64,000 nucleotides of DNA from Candidatus Iainarchaeum sp. (GCA_021158055.1 JAGGVJ010000040.1:4114-68113); one strand, 5' to 3'. Positions 22,563 to 33,642 are shown, counted from the first letter of the stretch. Notes: generated by a model from the sequence alone, not told the origin. A program made the numbers and translations.

Positions 22563-25500
22563 TCAGGCAAGTTCCACGTTGTATTTCCAGCTGCACTTTC
22601 CGTTTGCAGGAATGCACGCCTGAATATTGTAAATTCCCGGCGGGACAACAACAAACACCTGACCGCCTGCCCCCGTGAACGGGCCGAACTCTTCAGAATC
22701 ACTCACCCTCACTGCCTCGGCAGTTACCTCGCCTGAGTAAAGAGCCGAGCAATCTGTTACAGTAATCTTGAACCGAGAATAATAGCTCACATCCCACGAG
22801 TCAAGGCTCGGGGTGCTTCCGGAAGTGAAATTTGCCTTCAGTTTAATCGGGACGCTCCCGACCGTTGCTGAAATGTTCTGCCCGTTTTGAACATTTGAAA
22901 TCAAAACATTGTCATCTGACGCTTTCAAAACATCAACTGTAAGGATAGAGTTTCCCGGCGTGGTCTTTGAAAAAGTTATTACTCCCCACTTGCTGAAATT
23001 CACGGGGTCAATCGCAGGCGTGGTGAAACTCCCGCTTGACTGCGTGCCTGAAAGAACCACGCTCTCACCAGACAACTCCGTGTCTGAATAAGCTCCGTCA
23101 GACAAACTCAAACTTACAGTTGCAAGACCTGAATCATTCACAAACACAACTTCAGTAAACTCACCGCCCCAATAAGTGCCATCGCTTGCCTTTGCTTTGA
23201 TCTGCCACAAACCAGGCTCCCCAACAGCAGTGAAAGAATAACTGCCTGAACTTTGAACTGCAGGGTTCAATATCTCATTTCCCAAACCATCCAAAACCCT
23301 AAAGTCATACTGAACAATCGGGTCGCCGTTCGGATCAATCGCGGTGGCAGCCGCCTCAACTGCGTCCCCAAGTTCAAACAAAGCCAAGTTAAGCGAAACG
23401 TCTGTTATCACAGGCGCCCCAAACTGCTCCTGCGCACCCAAACCGACTGCCGGTTCAGAAGAAGCGTATTTTCGGATAAGGATGTCATCCCAGTAATGCT
23501 GACCGGTACTCGGATCATAACCTATGCTCATCCTTACCTTGTCTATTGAAGATGCTGCTGATGTGGGGAGGTCATTGCCCTTTACCTGACCGCTTATTTT
23601 AATAAACGGATATCTGTCATTCACGGTATCAAAAGCCAATTCAATTTCATACCATACATTTGCAGACCATAATGTATCAACGGGCAAATTTACACGTCCA
23701 GTGTCTGCCTGATATTTAAAATGACCGTCCTGATGCATTGTTATGCCTAAATAATTATTGCCTGCATCAGATTCCCCGACAAAAGTTCTTGAACCCCCTG
23801 ATGTTCTCCTCATACGAACTTTTAAGATGCCGGTATCAAAATCCACTGCTTTATTAACGCCGCTTTCAGGATAACCATCATGGCTCGCTGCTCTCAAGCC
23901 CCCGTAAACAACACTGCTTTGCACGTCAATATCATTCTGACCAACCCACCCTCCTTGACCGTTCAAATCCCCTGCATTGTAGTTTTCAAAATCATCAAAA
24001 AAATCAAATGTTTCCATGCCGTTGCTCACACCCCCCGCAACCGGATTACCGTAATACATGTAAATATCTGTGGAACCGTTCGCAGGAATGCTTGGGACCT
24101 TTACCCAAACCTTCGTGTCCGCAGTGTTGCACCCGGACTCAATCCAGTAACTCAGCTCATGTGTCCCGGAAACATCAGTAAACCTCAAATCACTGCAATC
24201 ACTGCACATTGCACCTGCAGAAACCAACGACTCGGAATCAAACTCAACCAACACCTGAAAATCAGTCAGATCAGAACCGCTCAACTCAGCCATGGTAATC
24301 GGTTTCCTGTACAGCCAATCAGAACCCCACCAGCCGCTGACAATAACGCTCTCACTGAAAACACTACTTTCGTGACCGTCAACATCAACCACTGTCACTT
24401 CAACAGCCCATGTTCCCGCGACATCGGGAGTGAAAGAATACTCACTGCCTGCCGGGGTTACGGGACCTGCGAATATACTTCCACCAGGGCTTTTTACAGT
24501 GAAAGAATAACTCTCAATCGTTCCAACTCCTTGCGGGTCATCTGCAGTGGCGGTTGCTGTCACACTTTGACCTATTTCCAAAGAAGCGGGGTTGAACAAA
24601 ACACCTGTGACAAAAGGACCGTCTTCCTGTTCTTGATCGCCCAGAATTACTGTCGGTTCCTGAACAATGTTAAGAGCCGAATAATTCCTGACAAACACAT
24701 TGGCTCCCTGATGGGCATTCTTATAATCTATATGTGGGCTGCCGGCGTAATACTCACCGTAAACAATCACCCCGACGTGGTTACCTACAGAAATCCATGG
24801 GTCCTCCGAATTCGCGCTCCTGAAATACCAGCGGTACTGCGTGGGCGACGCTGACTGGGATGATTTTTTCACGTTCTTCAAGGCATTTGAATAACAGCAG
24901 ACAATTTCCGACGGGTAAGTTATCAGCCAGTGGGAATAATCCCCTGTTGAAAGCAAAACCTCATCATAAGAAATACCACTGAAATTCATGTAAAAATCAG
25001 ATGACGCAGTAATATCCGGGACATAAGTTCCGGAAGAGTGATTCGGCTGCAAGTTATAATTCCACGAAGCCCAACCCCCTACGTCGTCGTTCCTGATTAC
25101 AAAAGTCCAGCCGCCGCCGTCCAACGACATGTCACAATAAACCTGAAAAGGAACACCATCCGGATCAATCCAGTAAACACCATCCATTGAAGAACCATTG
25201 CTGCGGACTTCCGTGCAGGACTTCCCAGCGGGAGAGACATCTGAACCGAAAACAACGGATTCCAGACTTGCGCTATCTGCAAGGGCATTTCCGTAATACA
25301 TGTAAACAACTGAAGAAGAATCCCCTGATATAACAGGTATCTCAACCCTCACTTTCGTGTCTGGAGTATTGCAGCCGGACTCAATCCAGTAACTTAATTC
25401 CTGAATACCGGACATATCCGCAAATCTTAAGTCGCCGCAATCATCTTTCATAGCTCCTGAAGAAATCAGGGACTGGGAATCGAATTCAACTAAAACACCA

Positions 25501-28364
25501 TAATCAGTCAGATCAGAACCTGAATTTTCATTTATTGTGATTGGTTGCCTGTACCTCCAATTAGAGTTCCACCAACCAACCACCTGCACCTGCTCAGAAT
25601 AAACATTGCTTGTGTGTCCATCACCATCTGTTGCAGTAACGCCCACAGACCAATACCCCCCCTCATCAGGAACAAACGAGTAAGTGTTGCCTGCCTGAGT
25701 CACCGGACCCTCAAACACGCTTGAATCAGGCTTTTTCACAATAAAAGTGTAACTTGAAATGTCTTCCGGGCCCTGCGGGTCACTCGCAGAAACAGCCACA
25801 GTCACTGACTGCCTTGACTCTGGAGAAATCGGGTCAAAAGAAACGCCGGTAACACACGGCCTACCGCTCTGCTCCTCGCCGCCAACACTTAAAACCGGCT
25901 CGGCGGAAGCGCATTTGGCGACAAAGAATTCGTCAGCATATCGCGGCCCGTAATCCCAAGCCGCAAGACCCACCTGACCGGCACCCGTTATCTTTGAACC
26001 AAGATCAACTGTTGTTTTATAATTCCCATTAAGCCACACTTTTGCCGAATTACCTGATACACATGTCTCAACTATATTCCAGTCAGATGTGACATCGCCA
26101 CTTGCAAAATGCCCTAAAACACTGTTACTACTGCCATTCCAGTAAAGCATATCCATTTCACTTCTTGGAGAATCTCTTACAGAAAGCCAATACAATTCTC
26201 CCGTTCCAGATTGCCTCCTGAAAGCCAAAGCTACATAGTCAGAACCCCCTGTTACTTTAAGCTTTGCCCGCAGCCTCAAATCCGCGTAAGAAGACCCAGT
26301 GACATAAGTAGTGGCAGTCATATCCTCATGCGTAGCCGGACCGTTATACACCCCATCTGAAACCGCCCATTTACTATTTATATCAGTCCACGCATCCTCG
26401 TTCTCAAAATCATCAAAAAATTCAAAAACAGCGTCACCATCGCTTGCGCTCTCCGCTTCATCGTTTCCATAGTAAGCATAAATTGTCTTTGTGTCATCTG
26501 CGGGAATTTCAGGAACCTTCACCCAAAAAGTTCCGTCTTTTTCCTGCCAGTAAGGAAAAGACGCAGCCCATTCAGATTCTTCAAAACTGGCTGAATCAGT
26601 AAACCTGATATCATCATAGTTTGGCTTTGCATTTGCGTCGTAGTGGGCTTTGATTTCATCGGGGGAAAGAGCGCGGTTGTAAATGCGGACTTCGTCGATG
26701 AATCCGTTGAAAGCAGTTCTGATATTATTATCCCCTTCATCATACCACGCGCCAATATACTCTGAATAATTCCCTGCAGGAAATCCAAATGTTCCACCGC
26801 CCACAGCATCTTCGACACCGTCTATATACAATTTTGTGGAAGAAATATCCCAGGCCACTGCAACGTGCGTCCAGACACCATCAGCCAACGGCTGTGCAGA
26901 ATACAAACTTGTAACGGAACCGTAATTATCAGTGATCTTAACTTTGTTTATATCCGCACCACTCTCCTCCACAGCAAGACCAACGCTGTAGTTCATTGCT
27001 CTTTGTTTCATGAAGAGACCCGGATCATAACCCGTTGTCTGAACACCATCACGCTTTACCCACATTGATATAGTCCCCGTGATTGTCGGCAGAGCCTGAT
27101 AAGGCACGCTCACTCTGGAAGCCGAAGTACTAGTCGCACCATCAAAATACCCGCAATAGCCATGTTTACCACCTGAATCCCGGGAAAAATTACCTGCTGC
27201 TGTTCCACTATGCTGGTTTCCACTTGCATCTGCAACGCTTGTTCCGGATGTTCCGTCCATATGCCAGCTTGCGACCAAACCGGTCTCGTCATAAACCGGG
27301 TTCTCCACCTTTACCTGATAATCAGTCAAAGCAGAACCACCGGTGTTGTCGATTGTGATTGCTTTCCTGAAAGAATAAGTCCTGTCCGACTGCTCAGAAC
27401 TGATGGTAGTTGCCGGCTCGGGGGAGGTATATTTGCGGACATAAATCCAATCCACATATCCAGTGCTGCTTGGTCTCTGATGCAAAAAAATGTGTCCTGT
27501 TGTGTATATAGGCGTTCCCGTCAATTCACCAAGTTGCGTACTATCATCATCTGCATAAGCTTTTACTGTAGCTGACCCAGACGAGGGAATCCATAACTTC
27601 CCACGATACCATGTATCTGAAACTGGGTCAGTTGCTGATTTCGTAGCCCCCCCGCCAACATAAAGAGCGAAATTATCGTCAATTCTTGTCGAAAGTTTTT
27701 CTTTCGATGTTCCTTGTGCTTTTGACCCTTCCGAGCCTAAATATAGTTCGCATGGCTCTGTTCCAACTACCTTAAGTCTTGCTTCGATTGCATATCCATT
27801 ACTGAAGTTTTGCTGAGAATTTAAACAATCTGAAAATGTAAAGCCTCCATCCGAAAGTGCAAGAAGACCACCTGAAACACTATATAATCCGTGATTATTG
27901 CTTACCCATTTATTTGTCCAATCTAAAGAACTACTAAAATCATCAAAAAACTCAAAAGTACCCGGTCCGCTACTCGCACTCACAGCAACCGGATTGCCGT
28001 AATACATATGGATATCAGTTGAACTGCTTGCCGGAATGCTTGGAACCTTCACCCACGCTTTTGTATTTGCAGTATTGCACCCGGAGTCAAGCCAATAACT
28101 CAACCCTTGCGCTCCGGAAACGTCACTGAACCTCAAATCACTGCAATCAAGATTCATCTTCCCGGCAGAAACCAAAGATTGAGAATCAAACTCGACCAAA
28201 ACCTGAAAATCAGTCAAATCAGAACCTGAAGAATCAGTAACAGTGATTGCTTTCCTGTACTCCCAGTTTGAGTCCCACCAGATTCCCGCTGAAAAAACAG
28301 GGGACAAAAAAAGAACAACAGTTAAAAAAACAAATGATTTAGTCAACGCATTCAAAAGCAACAC
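22563..28364 (-). CDS. Giant secreted surface protein (1933 aa) with three DUF2341-like + LamG/ConA-like lectin + PKD-like units
   Basis: N-terminal signal peptide MLLLNALTKSFVFLTVVLFLSPVFSAG. A W-x-YRK-ITI...LTDFQVLVEFDS...DLRF...LSYW(I/L)ESGCNT..TKVWVKVP...IYMYYGN unit (the DUF2341 pattern) occurs three times. LamG-like blocks and PCVTGVSFDPISP/PFVTGVLFNPASL PKD-like modules are present. DNA-level repeats mirror the domain triplication. Confidence 0.8.
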   Translation of the reverse strand: MLLLNALTKSFVFLTVVLFLSPVFSAGIWWDSNWEYRKAITVTDSSGSDLTDFQVLVEFDSQSLVSAGKMNLDCSDLRFSDVSGAQGLSYWLDSGCNTANTKAWVKVPSIPASSSTDIHMYYGNPVAVSASSGPGTFEFFDDFSSSLDWTNKWVSNNHGLYSVSGGLLALSDGGFTFSDCLNSQQNFSNGYAIEARLKVVGTEPCELYLGSEGSKAQGTSKEKLSTRIDDNFALYVGGGATKSATDPVSDTWYRGKLWIPSSGSATVKAYADDDSTQLGELTGTPIYTTGHIFLHQRPSSTGYVDWIYVRKYTSPEPATTISSEQSDRTYSFRKAITIDNTGGSALTDYQVKVENPVYDETGLVASWHMDGTSGTSVADASGNQHSGTAAGNFSRDSGGKHGYCGYFDGATSTSASRVSVPYQALPTITGTISMWVKRDGVQTTGYDPGLFMKQRAMNYSVGLAVEESGADINKVKITDNYGSVTSLYSAQPLADGVWTHVAVAWDISSTKLYIDGVEDAVGGGTFGFPAGNYSEYIGAWYDEGDNNIRTAFNGFIDEVRIYNRALSPDEIKAHYDANAKPNYDDIRFTDSASFEESEWAASFPYWQEKDGTFWVKVPEIPADDTKTIYAYYGNDEAESASDGDAVFEFFDDFENEDAWTDINSKWAVSDGVYNGPATHEDMTATTYVTGSSYADLRLRAKLKVTGGSDYVALAFRRQSGTGELYWLSVRDSPRSEMDMLYWNGSSNSVLGHFASGDVTSDWNIVETCVSGNSAKVWLNGNYKTTVDLGSKITGAGQVGLAAWDYGPRYADEFFVAKCASAEPVLSVGGEEQSGRPCVTGVSFDPISPESRQSVTVAVSASDPQGPEDISSYTFIVKKPDSSVFEGPVTQAGNTYSFVPDEGGYWSVGVTATDGDGHTSNVYSEQVQVVGWWNSNWRYRQPITINENSGSDLTDYGVLVEFDSQSLISSGAMKDDCGDLRFADMSGIQELSYWIESGCNTPDTKVRVEIPVISGDSSSVVYMYYGNALADSASLESVVFGSDVSPAGKSCTEVRSNGSSMDGVYWIDPDGVPFQVYCDMSLDGGGWTFVIRNDDVGGWASWNYNLQPNHSSGTYVPDITASSDFYMNFSGISYDEVLLSTGDYSHWLITYPSEIVCCYSNALKNVKKSSQSASPTQYRWYFRSANSEDPWISVGNHVGVIVYGEYYAGSPHIDYKNAHQGANVFVRNYSALNIVQEPTVILGDQEQEDGPFVTGVLFNPASLEIGQSVTATATADDPQGVGTIESYSFTVKSPGGSIFAGPVTPAGSEYSFTPDVAGTWAVEVTVVDVDGHESSVFSESVIVSGWWGSDWLYRKPITMAELSGSDLTDFQVLVEFDSESLVSAGAMCSDCSDLRFTDVSGTHELSYWIESGCNTADTKVWVKVPSIPANGSTDIYMYYGNPVAGGVSNGMETFDFFDDFENYNAGDLNGQGGWVGQNDIDVQSSVVYGGLRAASHDGYPESGVNKAVDFDTGILKVRMRRTSGGSRTFVGESDAGNNYLGITMHQDGHFKYQADTGRVNLPVDTLWSANVWYEIELAFDTVNDRYPFIKISGQVKGNDLPTSAASSIDKVRMSIGYDPSTGQHYWDDILIRKYASSEPAVGLGAQEQFGAPVITDVSLNLALFELGDAVEAAATAIDPNGDPIVQYDFRVLDGLGNEILNPAVQSSGSYSFTAVGEPGLWQIKAKASDGTYWGGEFTEVVFVNDSGLATVSLSLSDGAYSDTELSGESVVLSGTQSSGSFTTPAIDPVNFSKWGVITFSKTTPGNSILTVDVLKASDDNVLISNVQNGQNISATVGSVPIKLKANFTSGSTPSLDSWDVSYYSRFKITVTDCSALYSGEVTAEAVRVSDSEEFGPFTGAGGQVFVVVPPGIYNIQACIPANGKCSWKYNVELA

Positions 28365-28488
28365 CTTGCCTGTGGTTTTTCCCCTTCAACCAAAAAACCC
28401 AGTGAATCTGTACAGTAAAACACAAATAAAGTAATTAAAAAGGCATACTAAAAAGTATCGCTGAAAATGGTAAAAATCAGCTGTTGTC

Positions 28489-28581
28489 TGGAGCCCCCTG
28501 CGAGATTTGAACTCGCGGCCTCTACCTGTTTGGTTTGAAAAAATTACCAAGGTAGCGCTCCACCGACTGAGCTAAGGGGGC
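28489..28581 (-). tRNA. tRNA-Thr (GGU) with 17-nt canonical intron
   Basis: Acceptor GCCCCCT/AGGGGGC, U73, CCA. D-arm GCTC-AGTCGGTG-GAGC. Anticodon stem CTACC/GGTAG with loop UUGGUA|intron|A. T-arm GCGAG-TTCAAAT-CTCGC. Confidence 0.85.
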
Positions 28582-28727
28582 ATGACCTGTTAATGCAATT
28601 AATACACCAACATAGCAATGCAACACCAAAACATTGCCTGTTGAAATGCAACTATATCCATAGCAACTTGATTGAATTTAATTTTATCGTCTTCAACTTT
28701 CTTTATTTCTTTATTTCTTTATTCCAA

Positions 28728-28796
28728 TTGTTTCTCTCTTTCTATCTCATTACTATAATTGTTTCTCTCTTTCTATCTCATTACTATAATTGTTTC
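28728..28796. repeat. 31-bp direct repeat (ttgtttctctctttctatctcattactataa) x2 plus a partial third copy, upstream of a membrane-protein gene
   Basis: Seen directly. Lies between tRNA-Thr(GGU) and the start of the 28784..29755 gene. Confidence 0.85.
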
Positions 28797-29755
28797 AGCC
28801 AGTTAAAAATTTTGACCAGGTATTTGACCGCTAAAAGGTAGGTGGTTGCAATAAACCCAAATATCATTGCAAATACTGACACAACAATCATCACTGAAAA
28901 AGCTATTGCAAGCAGAAAAAAATCGTAAAAAAACCTGAGCGGGGTGTCTTGTTTTATCTTTTCCATGAACTGCGGCGACGACATCGCTTCAATCATTTTT
29001 GACTGGGTAAGCGACGAATACGCAAGCGTTGACTGGATAGTGCATTCTTCAAGAGTTTTTTTCAATTGCGGGTCGTCTATCGAAGACATCTGGCTCTGGA
29101 AAGACTTTTGTTTTTCAAGCTCGCTTAAAACATCTTGTCTTGAAACCGGTTCTTTCAGCGAATCTTCAACTGTCAGCTTCAAAAAATCCACAAAGTTTTC
29201 GTTTGCAACCTGCTTGAGCTCTTCCTGATAAGGCATGAACGCGGCAAGAGACGCAAACACTGAAAGGAACGTGAAAAAAAACAAGCCGTCCCTGACGGTG
29301 TTGGAAGCAAAAGAAAACATTTTGTTGTTTTCGGAATTTCGTGCCGATATCTTTTCAGAGGTTCTTGCGGTTTGAAAAAGGCCGAATGCGTTTGCAACGC
29401 CCATGAAGAAAAAAAACAGGGAAAACCCAAAATGCGGAAGCATCACAACCACTGCCACAAAATTTCCTAAAATGACTATTTGCGAGACCTGTTTTTTAAA
29501 AACCCTTGGAAAAATAAAAGCAAGCGAATAAGAAGCAGAAAAAAACAACACAAAAAGAACAAAAGGCAAAGACAAAAGCTTTTCAGAAACCTGCTCTGCG
29601 TGAGAAAACTTGAGCATGTCAGACGCTTCAAGACCGGTTTGTGAAAGCGAAAACATCCATAAAAAAGAAACAAGCAAAGTGACAGAAAAAATTATTATGT
29701 TTGCTTTTGTGCCAGCGCTTATTAACCGGTTTTTGTGTTTTTTTGATTTTTTCAT
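28784..29755 (-). CDS. Hypothetical integral membrane protein (323 aa)
   Basis: Multiple hydrophobic helices at both ends with a central polar region. No family recognised. Confidence 0.5.
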   Translation of the reverse strand: MKKSKKHKNRLISAGTKANIIIFSVTLLVSFLWMFSLSQTGLEASDMLKFSHAEQVSEKLLSLPFVLFVLFFSASYSLAFIFPRVFKKQVSQIVILGNFVAVVVMLPHFGFSLFFFFMGVANAFGLFQTARTSEKISARNSENNKMFSFASNTVRDGLFFFTFLSVFASLAAFMPYQEELKQVANENFVDFLKLTVEDSLKEPVSRQDVLSELEKQKSFQSQMSSIDDPQLKKTLEECTIQSTLAYSSLTQSKMIEAMSSPQFMEKIKQDTPLRFFYDFFLLAIAFSVMIVVSVFAMIFGFIATTYLLAVKYLVKIFNWLKQL

Positions 29756-29803
29756 TGAAATACCAAAGTTTTTCTTATTTTATATCTTTTCCCATATTTT
29801 TTC

Positions 29804-30730
29804 TTATCTTATATTTGTCCTGTCAGTGAGTTTTTCCGCTCCCTTTGAAGTCACAACAACAGTGTCTTCTGCCTGCGCGACTATTTTTCCTTTTTCCTCT
29901 GCAAGCACCGGGTACGGCCTGATCACTTTTTTCATCATGAGCTCGCGAAACGCCATCTTCAGCTTGAGCCTGCTGTAATCTTTGGCGACCCATCGCTCTG
30001 CAAACGGCAGCGTGTTGTAGTTGCTGACCAGGTTCGGGAAAATAATCCTTGCTTCTTTGTTTCTTAACGGCGCTGCGCCCGAAACTGAAAATATCTCGCA
30101 TTTCGCGCTTTCCCGGACATGCCCTTTGCCGTCTGTCGCAAACGGTTCAAGCGCCAGAACCGAACCTTCCTCAAACTCAGCAGGGCTTTTGACAACAGTG
30201 TTTGGAATGGAATTGCCTGCATGAACAAGGTACTCTCCAAGAGTGTGGCCTGAAAGGTTTTCGACCACGTGAAGGTCAAACGACTCAATGGTCTCCTGCA
30301 CTGTTTTCCCGAATTCCTGCAAAAGAACACCAGGTGCAATCACTTTTATTCCCTGCGCAAGCCCTGTTTCCGCAGCTTCAACAAAACGGCCGTATTTCCC
30401 GCTTAAATCTTTTGTTATGGCAGAGTCTGCAATAAACCCGTCAACGTGCACCCCGATGTCAATCTTCAGCACATCGTTTTCACCAAGCTTTGTCTCGTCG
30501 TCAATTGAGGGAGTATAATGGGCTGCAACTTCGTTGAGAGACAAATTTATGGGGAAAGCGATCCCCGCGTTTTTTTCAAGCATTATCGCTTCGGCGTCGT
30601 TTGCAAGGTCAATGAGCTTTGCCCCGACAACCGCGTTCTCAAACACTGTTTCCATCACTTCGACAAGTATTTTTCCTGCCTGCCTATTTTTTTCAATGTC
30701 GTTTTTTTCAACTGCCATAAAATCACACAA
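29804..30730 (-). CDS. map: Methionine aminopeptidase, type 2 (archaeal)
   Basis: 308 aa. AAHYTP...DVLKIDIGVHVDGFIADSA and SGHTLGEYLVHAG metal-ligand motifs of the MetAP2/pita-bread fold. The start may be the internal M (MAVEKN). Confidence 0.85.
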   Translation of the reverse strand: MCDFMAVEKNDIEKNRQAGKILVEVMETVFENAVVGAKLIDLANDAEAIMLEKNAGIAFPINLSLNEVAAHYTPSIDDETKLGENDVLKIDIGVHVDGFIADSAITKDLSGKYGRFVEAAETGLAQGIKVIAPGVLLQEFGKTVQETIESFDLHVVENLSGHTLGEYLVHAGNSIPNTVVKSPAEFEEGSVLALEPFATDGKGHVRESAKCEIFSVSGAAPLRNKEARIIFPNLVSNYNTLPFAERWVAKDYSRLKLKMAFRELMMKKVIRPYPVLAEEKGKIVAQAEDTVVVTSKGAEKLTDRTNIR

Positions 30731-30817
30731 ATTCCTCTTTTAAACTACATAAATTTCTCTTTCAACTGCCAACAACAAAAGCAATCCAAACCCGCCAATA
30801 ACAACAGCAACCCGGAC

Positions 30818-33361
30818 TTAAAACCATTTCTTCATTGACGACTGTTTTCCTTCTGTTGTCATGTCCGAGTCTTTGAAGCCAAGCTCGCCGATTATCCTCA
30901 TTGTTGCCGGAAGCACCTGGTTATTGACATAGTATTCCGCGTCAAAATCCCCTTCCCTTGCAAAACTCATTACTTCTGCTTTGGCTGAAATTGTTTTGCC
31001 GTGCTTTGTCACAATGTACCCGACAAGCGCGCCGTCTGCAACTTCTTCCCCGCGTGCGCGCGCCTTTTCAACTGCCGCAACGTGTGGTCCTATTGACTCG
31101 TATTCGGAGACCTTTTTCTTTAAGCGGGTGTAAATCACAAGTTCTTTTTTTGATACCTCACCTTTCCTCAGCCTTTCAACCACCGATTTCACGTAATCGG
31201 CCGCTTCCTTGGGTTTTCCTTCAAGCACAAGCCCGATCACTTTTTGCTGGGTGTTTTTCGCGATTTCAGCCCAGTCCCTGCGCACGAACTCAAACCCCTT
31301 TATTTCAACTTTTCCGTCTTCACCCAAAAGAGCATACCTTTTTTTTGCTGCTTCTTTTCCTTCCCTTTTCGTCACAAAAAGGCCTCTCTTGTAAAACCCC
31401 TGAAAGTCAAGCTCCATCTTTTCAGGCAGGACATTTTCGTTGATGTGGCGCATGAACTCCATTCCTTTTTTCCTGACATCGCCTTTGCCATAGGTTACAA
31501 AAACAGAGTCAGTGTCCGCGTAAAGCACATCCAGCCCGAATTTTTCCGCTTCAGCAATGGTTTTTTGGATGTACTGCCTGCCCCACGCCGCAGTAGACTC
31601 CGCGCATTCAAGGCTGTACCATCTGAATCTGGGGTAACCCATCACGCCGTAGGCAGAGTTTGCGATTATCTTGAGAGCGTGTTGTTTTGCGTCAAGTATT
31701 TTTCTTTGCGTTGAATCACGCGCCTGTTTTTTCATTTCCTGTTTTGCCTGCTTGCGGCGCAAAAGTATTTCTTCAAGTATTTCCGGAATAAAACCCTTTT
31801 TTTTAGCGCAGAACTTGTGGCCGCCCGGAGAAACAAACGATTCGTCGTCACTGCAGCAGTCGCAGTCAAGGGTTGAAGAATCAATGTTGTGGGAAATTAT
31901 TATCGAAGGGTAAAGAGAGCGGAAATCAAACACCATTATGCTTTCGTGAAGCCCTGCTGTCGGCTGTTTTACCATCCCCCCTTTGTACGTGGAACGCGCT
32001 CTTCCCATGACCTGCCTGAAACTCGGTTTTCTCGGAATAAGCTCTCCTCTTTTTTTTGCCTCGCGCACAAGGAACTGTTCAACCATCTGGCCGGAGGTAA
32101 GGTTTGTGACCTCCTGAAGCGAAACAGACAAAAGCCGCGCAAGCTCTTCAAACTGCGGGGAAAAATTGTCAAACAATTCAAAAACCGCTTTTGAGTCCTC
32201 AAGGCAATACTGCGCAAGCTTGTTCACTGCGTCTTTTCCCCCGCTCCACCACATGTCAATGTTTCTTGTGTCTATTTTTTCTTTTTTTTCATTGAATACA
32301 GCTTCAAACACGTCTTCAAGGCGGTACCTCATAAGGTCAAGCGACCCTGTTCTTGCAAGAAACTGCACCATACGATAAACATCTATCACTTGCCTGCCTG
32401 TCAAAAGCGCCTGCGACGAATCTTTTCGGCTGACAAACCTTACTTCCGAGTTGTCCCGCCCGATAAGAAGCTTGTTCTTAAGCGCCCTTGACCTTTCCCG
32501 AAGGTACGGAAAATCAAAATTGTCTGTGTTGTACCCGATAATTATGTCCGGGTCGATTTTTTTCACTGTATCTGAAAAACCTTCAAGCATTTTTTCCTCG
32601 TTCCCGAAATTTTCGACAAAATCAGTTCCTTCAAGGTCTTTTGAGTACGACAATACTTTTTTTTCATTGTTCCAGACCGAAACCATGACAATTTCATCTT
32701 TTGAAGGTCTTGGCACGCCAAAAGGGTTTTTCACTTCCAGGTCAAACGCCATTTTTTTAAGAATGACCTTGATTTGTCCTGCCTGATCTTTCAATGGCCT
32801 GATGGACTTCAACCGGTCTTTCTCAAACTCGACTTCAACGCTTTGAAGCGGCGAGACCCCTTTGTCTATGAGGTATTTCAAAGTCCATTTTATCATGTGT
32901 TCGCGGGTATCAGCAACCCCGTCCATTTTTTTGACTATGTCACGCACCGGCTTCAGGTTTGAGGTGTGCCCCACGTTTATTTTTATGCATTCTGTTTCCT
33001 TTCCATTGATTTTTTTTATCTCCAAAACCACTGGCTTTGCCTGTGCTGCGGATTTTGCTTGTACTGCGGGCTTTGGCGGCACTGTGGATTTTTGGGTGTA
33101 ACCCCTGTTTGAGTGGTTTTCTCTCTCTTTGTGGTCTTTCCTCTTTTTTACTTCAACGCATACTTTTTCAATTTCAGAAACAAGTTTTTTTGCATCGCAG
33201 TCAGGCTCTGCAAGCACGTAAAAATAATCTGAAAAACTCTCATCAAAAAGCATCAGGTAACCGTCTTTTGTCTTCAGGCTAAGCCTGATTGAATTGCCTG
33301 CGTTTCCTTTCGCATAGTCGACATCCAGTAAAACCGCTTTTGCTTTCATGTTACCCTGCAC
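30818..33361 (-). CDS. polB: Family B DNA polymerase
   Basis: 847 aa. Exo I MAFDLEV, motif A DFRSLYPSII, motif B KQHALKIIANSAYG and motif C LYADTDSVFV. Confidence 0.95.
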   Translation of the reverse strand: MQGNMKAKAVLLDVDYAKGNAGNSIRLSLKTKDGYLMLFDESFSDYFYVLAEPDCDAKKLVSEIEKVCVEVKKRKDHKERENHSNRGYTQKSTVPPKPAVQAKSAAQAKPVVLEIKKINGKETECIKINVGHTSNLKPVRDIVKKMDGVADTREHMIKWTLKYLIDKGVSPLQSVEVEFEKDRLKSIRPLKDQAGQIKVILKKMAFDLEVKNPFGVPRPSKDEIVMVSVWNNEKKVLSYSKDLEGTDFVENFGNEEKMLEGFSDTVKKIDPDIIIGYNTDNFDFPYLRERSRALKNKLLIGRDNSEVRFVSRKDSSQALLTGRQVIDVYRMVQFLARTGSLDLMRYRLEDVFEAVFNEKKEKIDTRNIDMWWSGGKDAVNKLAQYCLEDSKAVFELFDNFSPQFEELARLLSVSLQEVTNLTSGQMVEQFLVREAKKRGELIPRKPSFRQVMGRARSTYKGGMVKQPTAGLHESIMVFDFRSLYPSIIISHNIDSSTLDCDCCSDDESFVSPGGHKFCAKKKGFIPEILEEILLRRKQAKQEMKKQARDSTQRKILDAKQHALKIIANSAYGVMGYPRFRWYSLECAESTAAWGRQYIQKTIAEAEKFGLDVLYADTDSVFVTYGKGDVRKKGMEFMRHINENVLPEKMELDFQGFYKRGLFVTKREGKEAAKKRYALLGEDGKVEIKGFEFVRRDWAEIAKNTQQKVIGLVLEGKPKEAADYVKSVVERLRKGEVSKKELVIYTRLKKKVSEYESIGPHVAAVEKARARGEEVADGALVGYIVTKHGKTISAKAEVMSFAREGDFDAEYYVNNQVLPATMRIIGELGFKDSDMTTEGKQSSMKKWF

Positions 33362-33642
33362 TTTTTGCGTTTTGTTTTTTATTACCTGTTTTGACAGCTG
33401 ATTTTATTACTGCTTTGACAGCCGGTTATTTAGTTGTGTTTTGTTACACATTTATACAGATATAATAAGAACCACAATTGAATAAATATACTCAGTATTT
33501 CTTTGTAAATACAAAGGATATATATTATTTTATACAATATTATTAGTGCAATATATACAAGGTTGCTCAATACAAAATTAGCGAAAAATATTAGTACAAA
33601 ACAGCGAAAATAAAAACTTTCAGTTAAAATCAGTGATATACA

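Noticed and set aside
22909-27575. Plus-strand ORFs up to 324 aa inside the 1933-aa giant gene
   Set aside because: They are antisense to a continuous 5.8-kb ORF with clear domain structure. Long shadow ORFs are expected opposite large genes.
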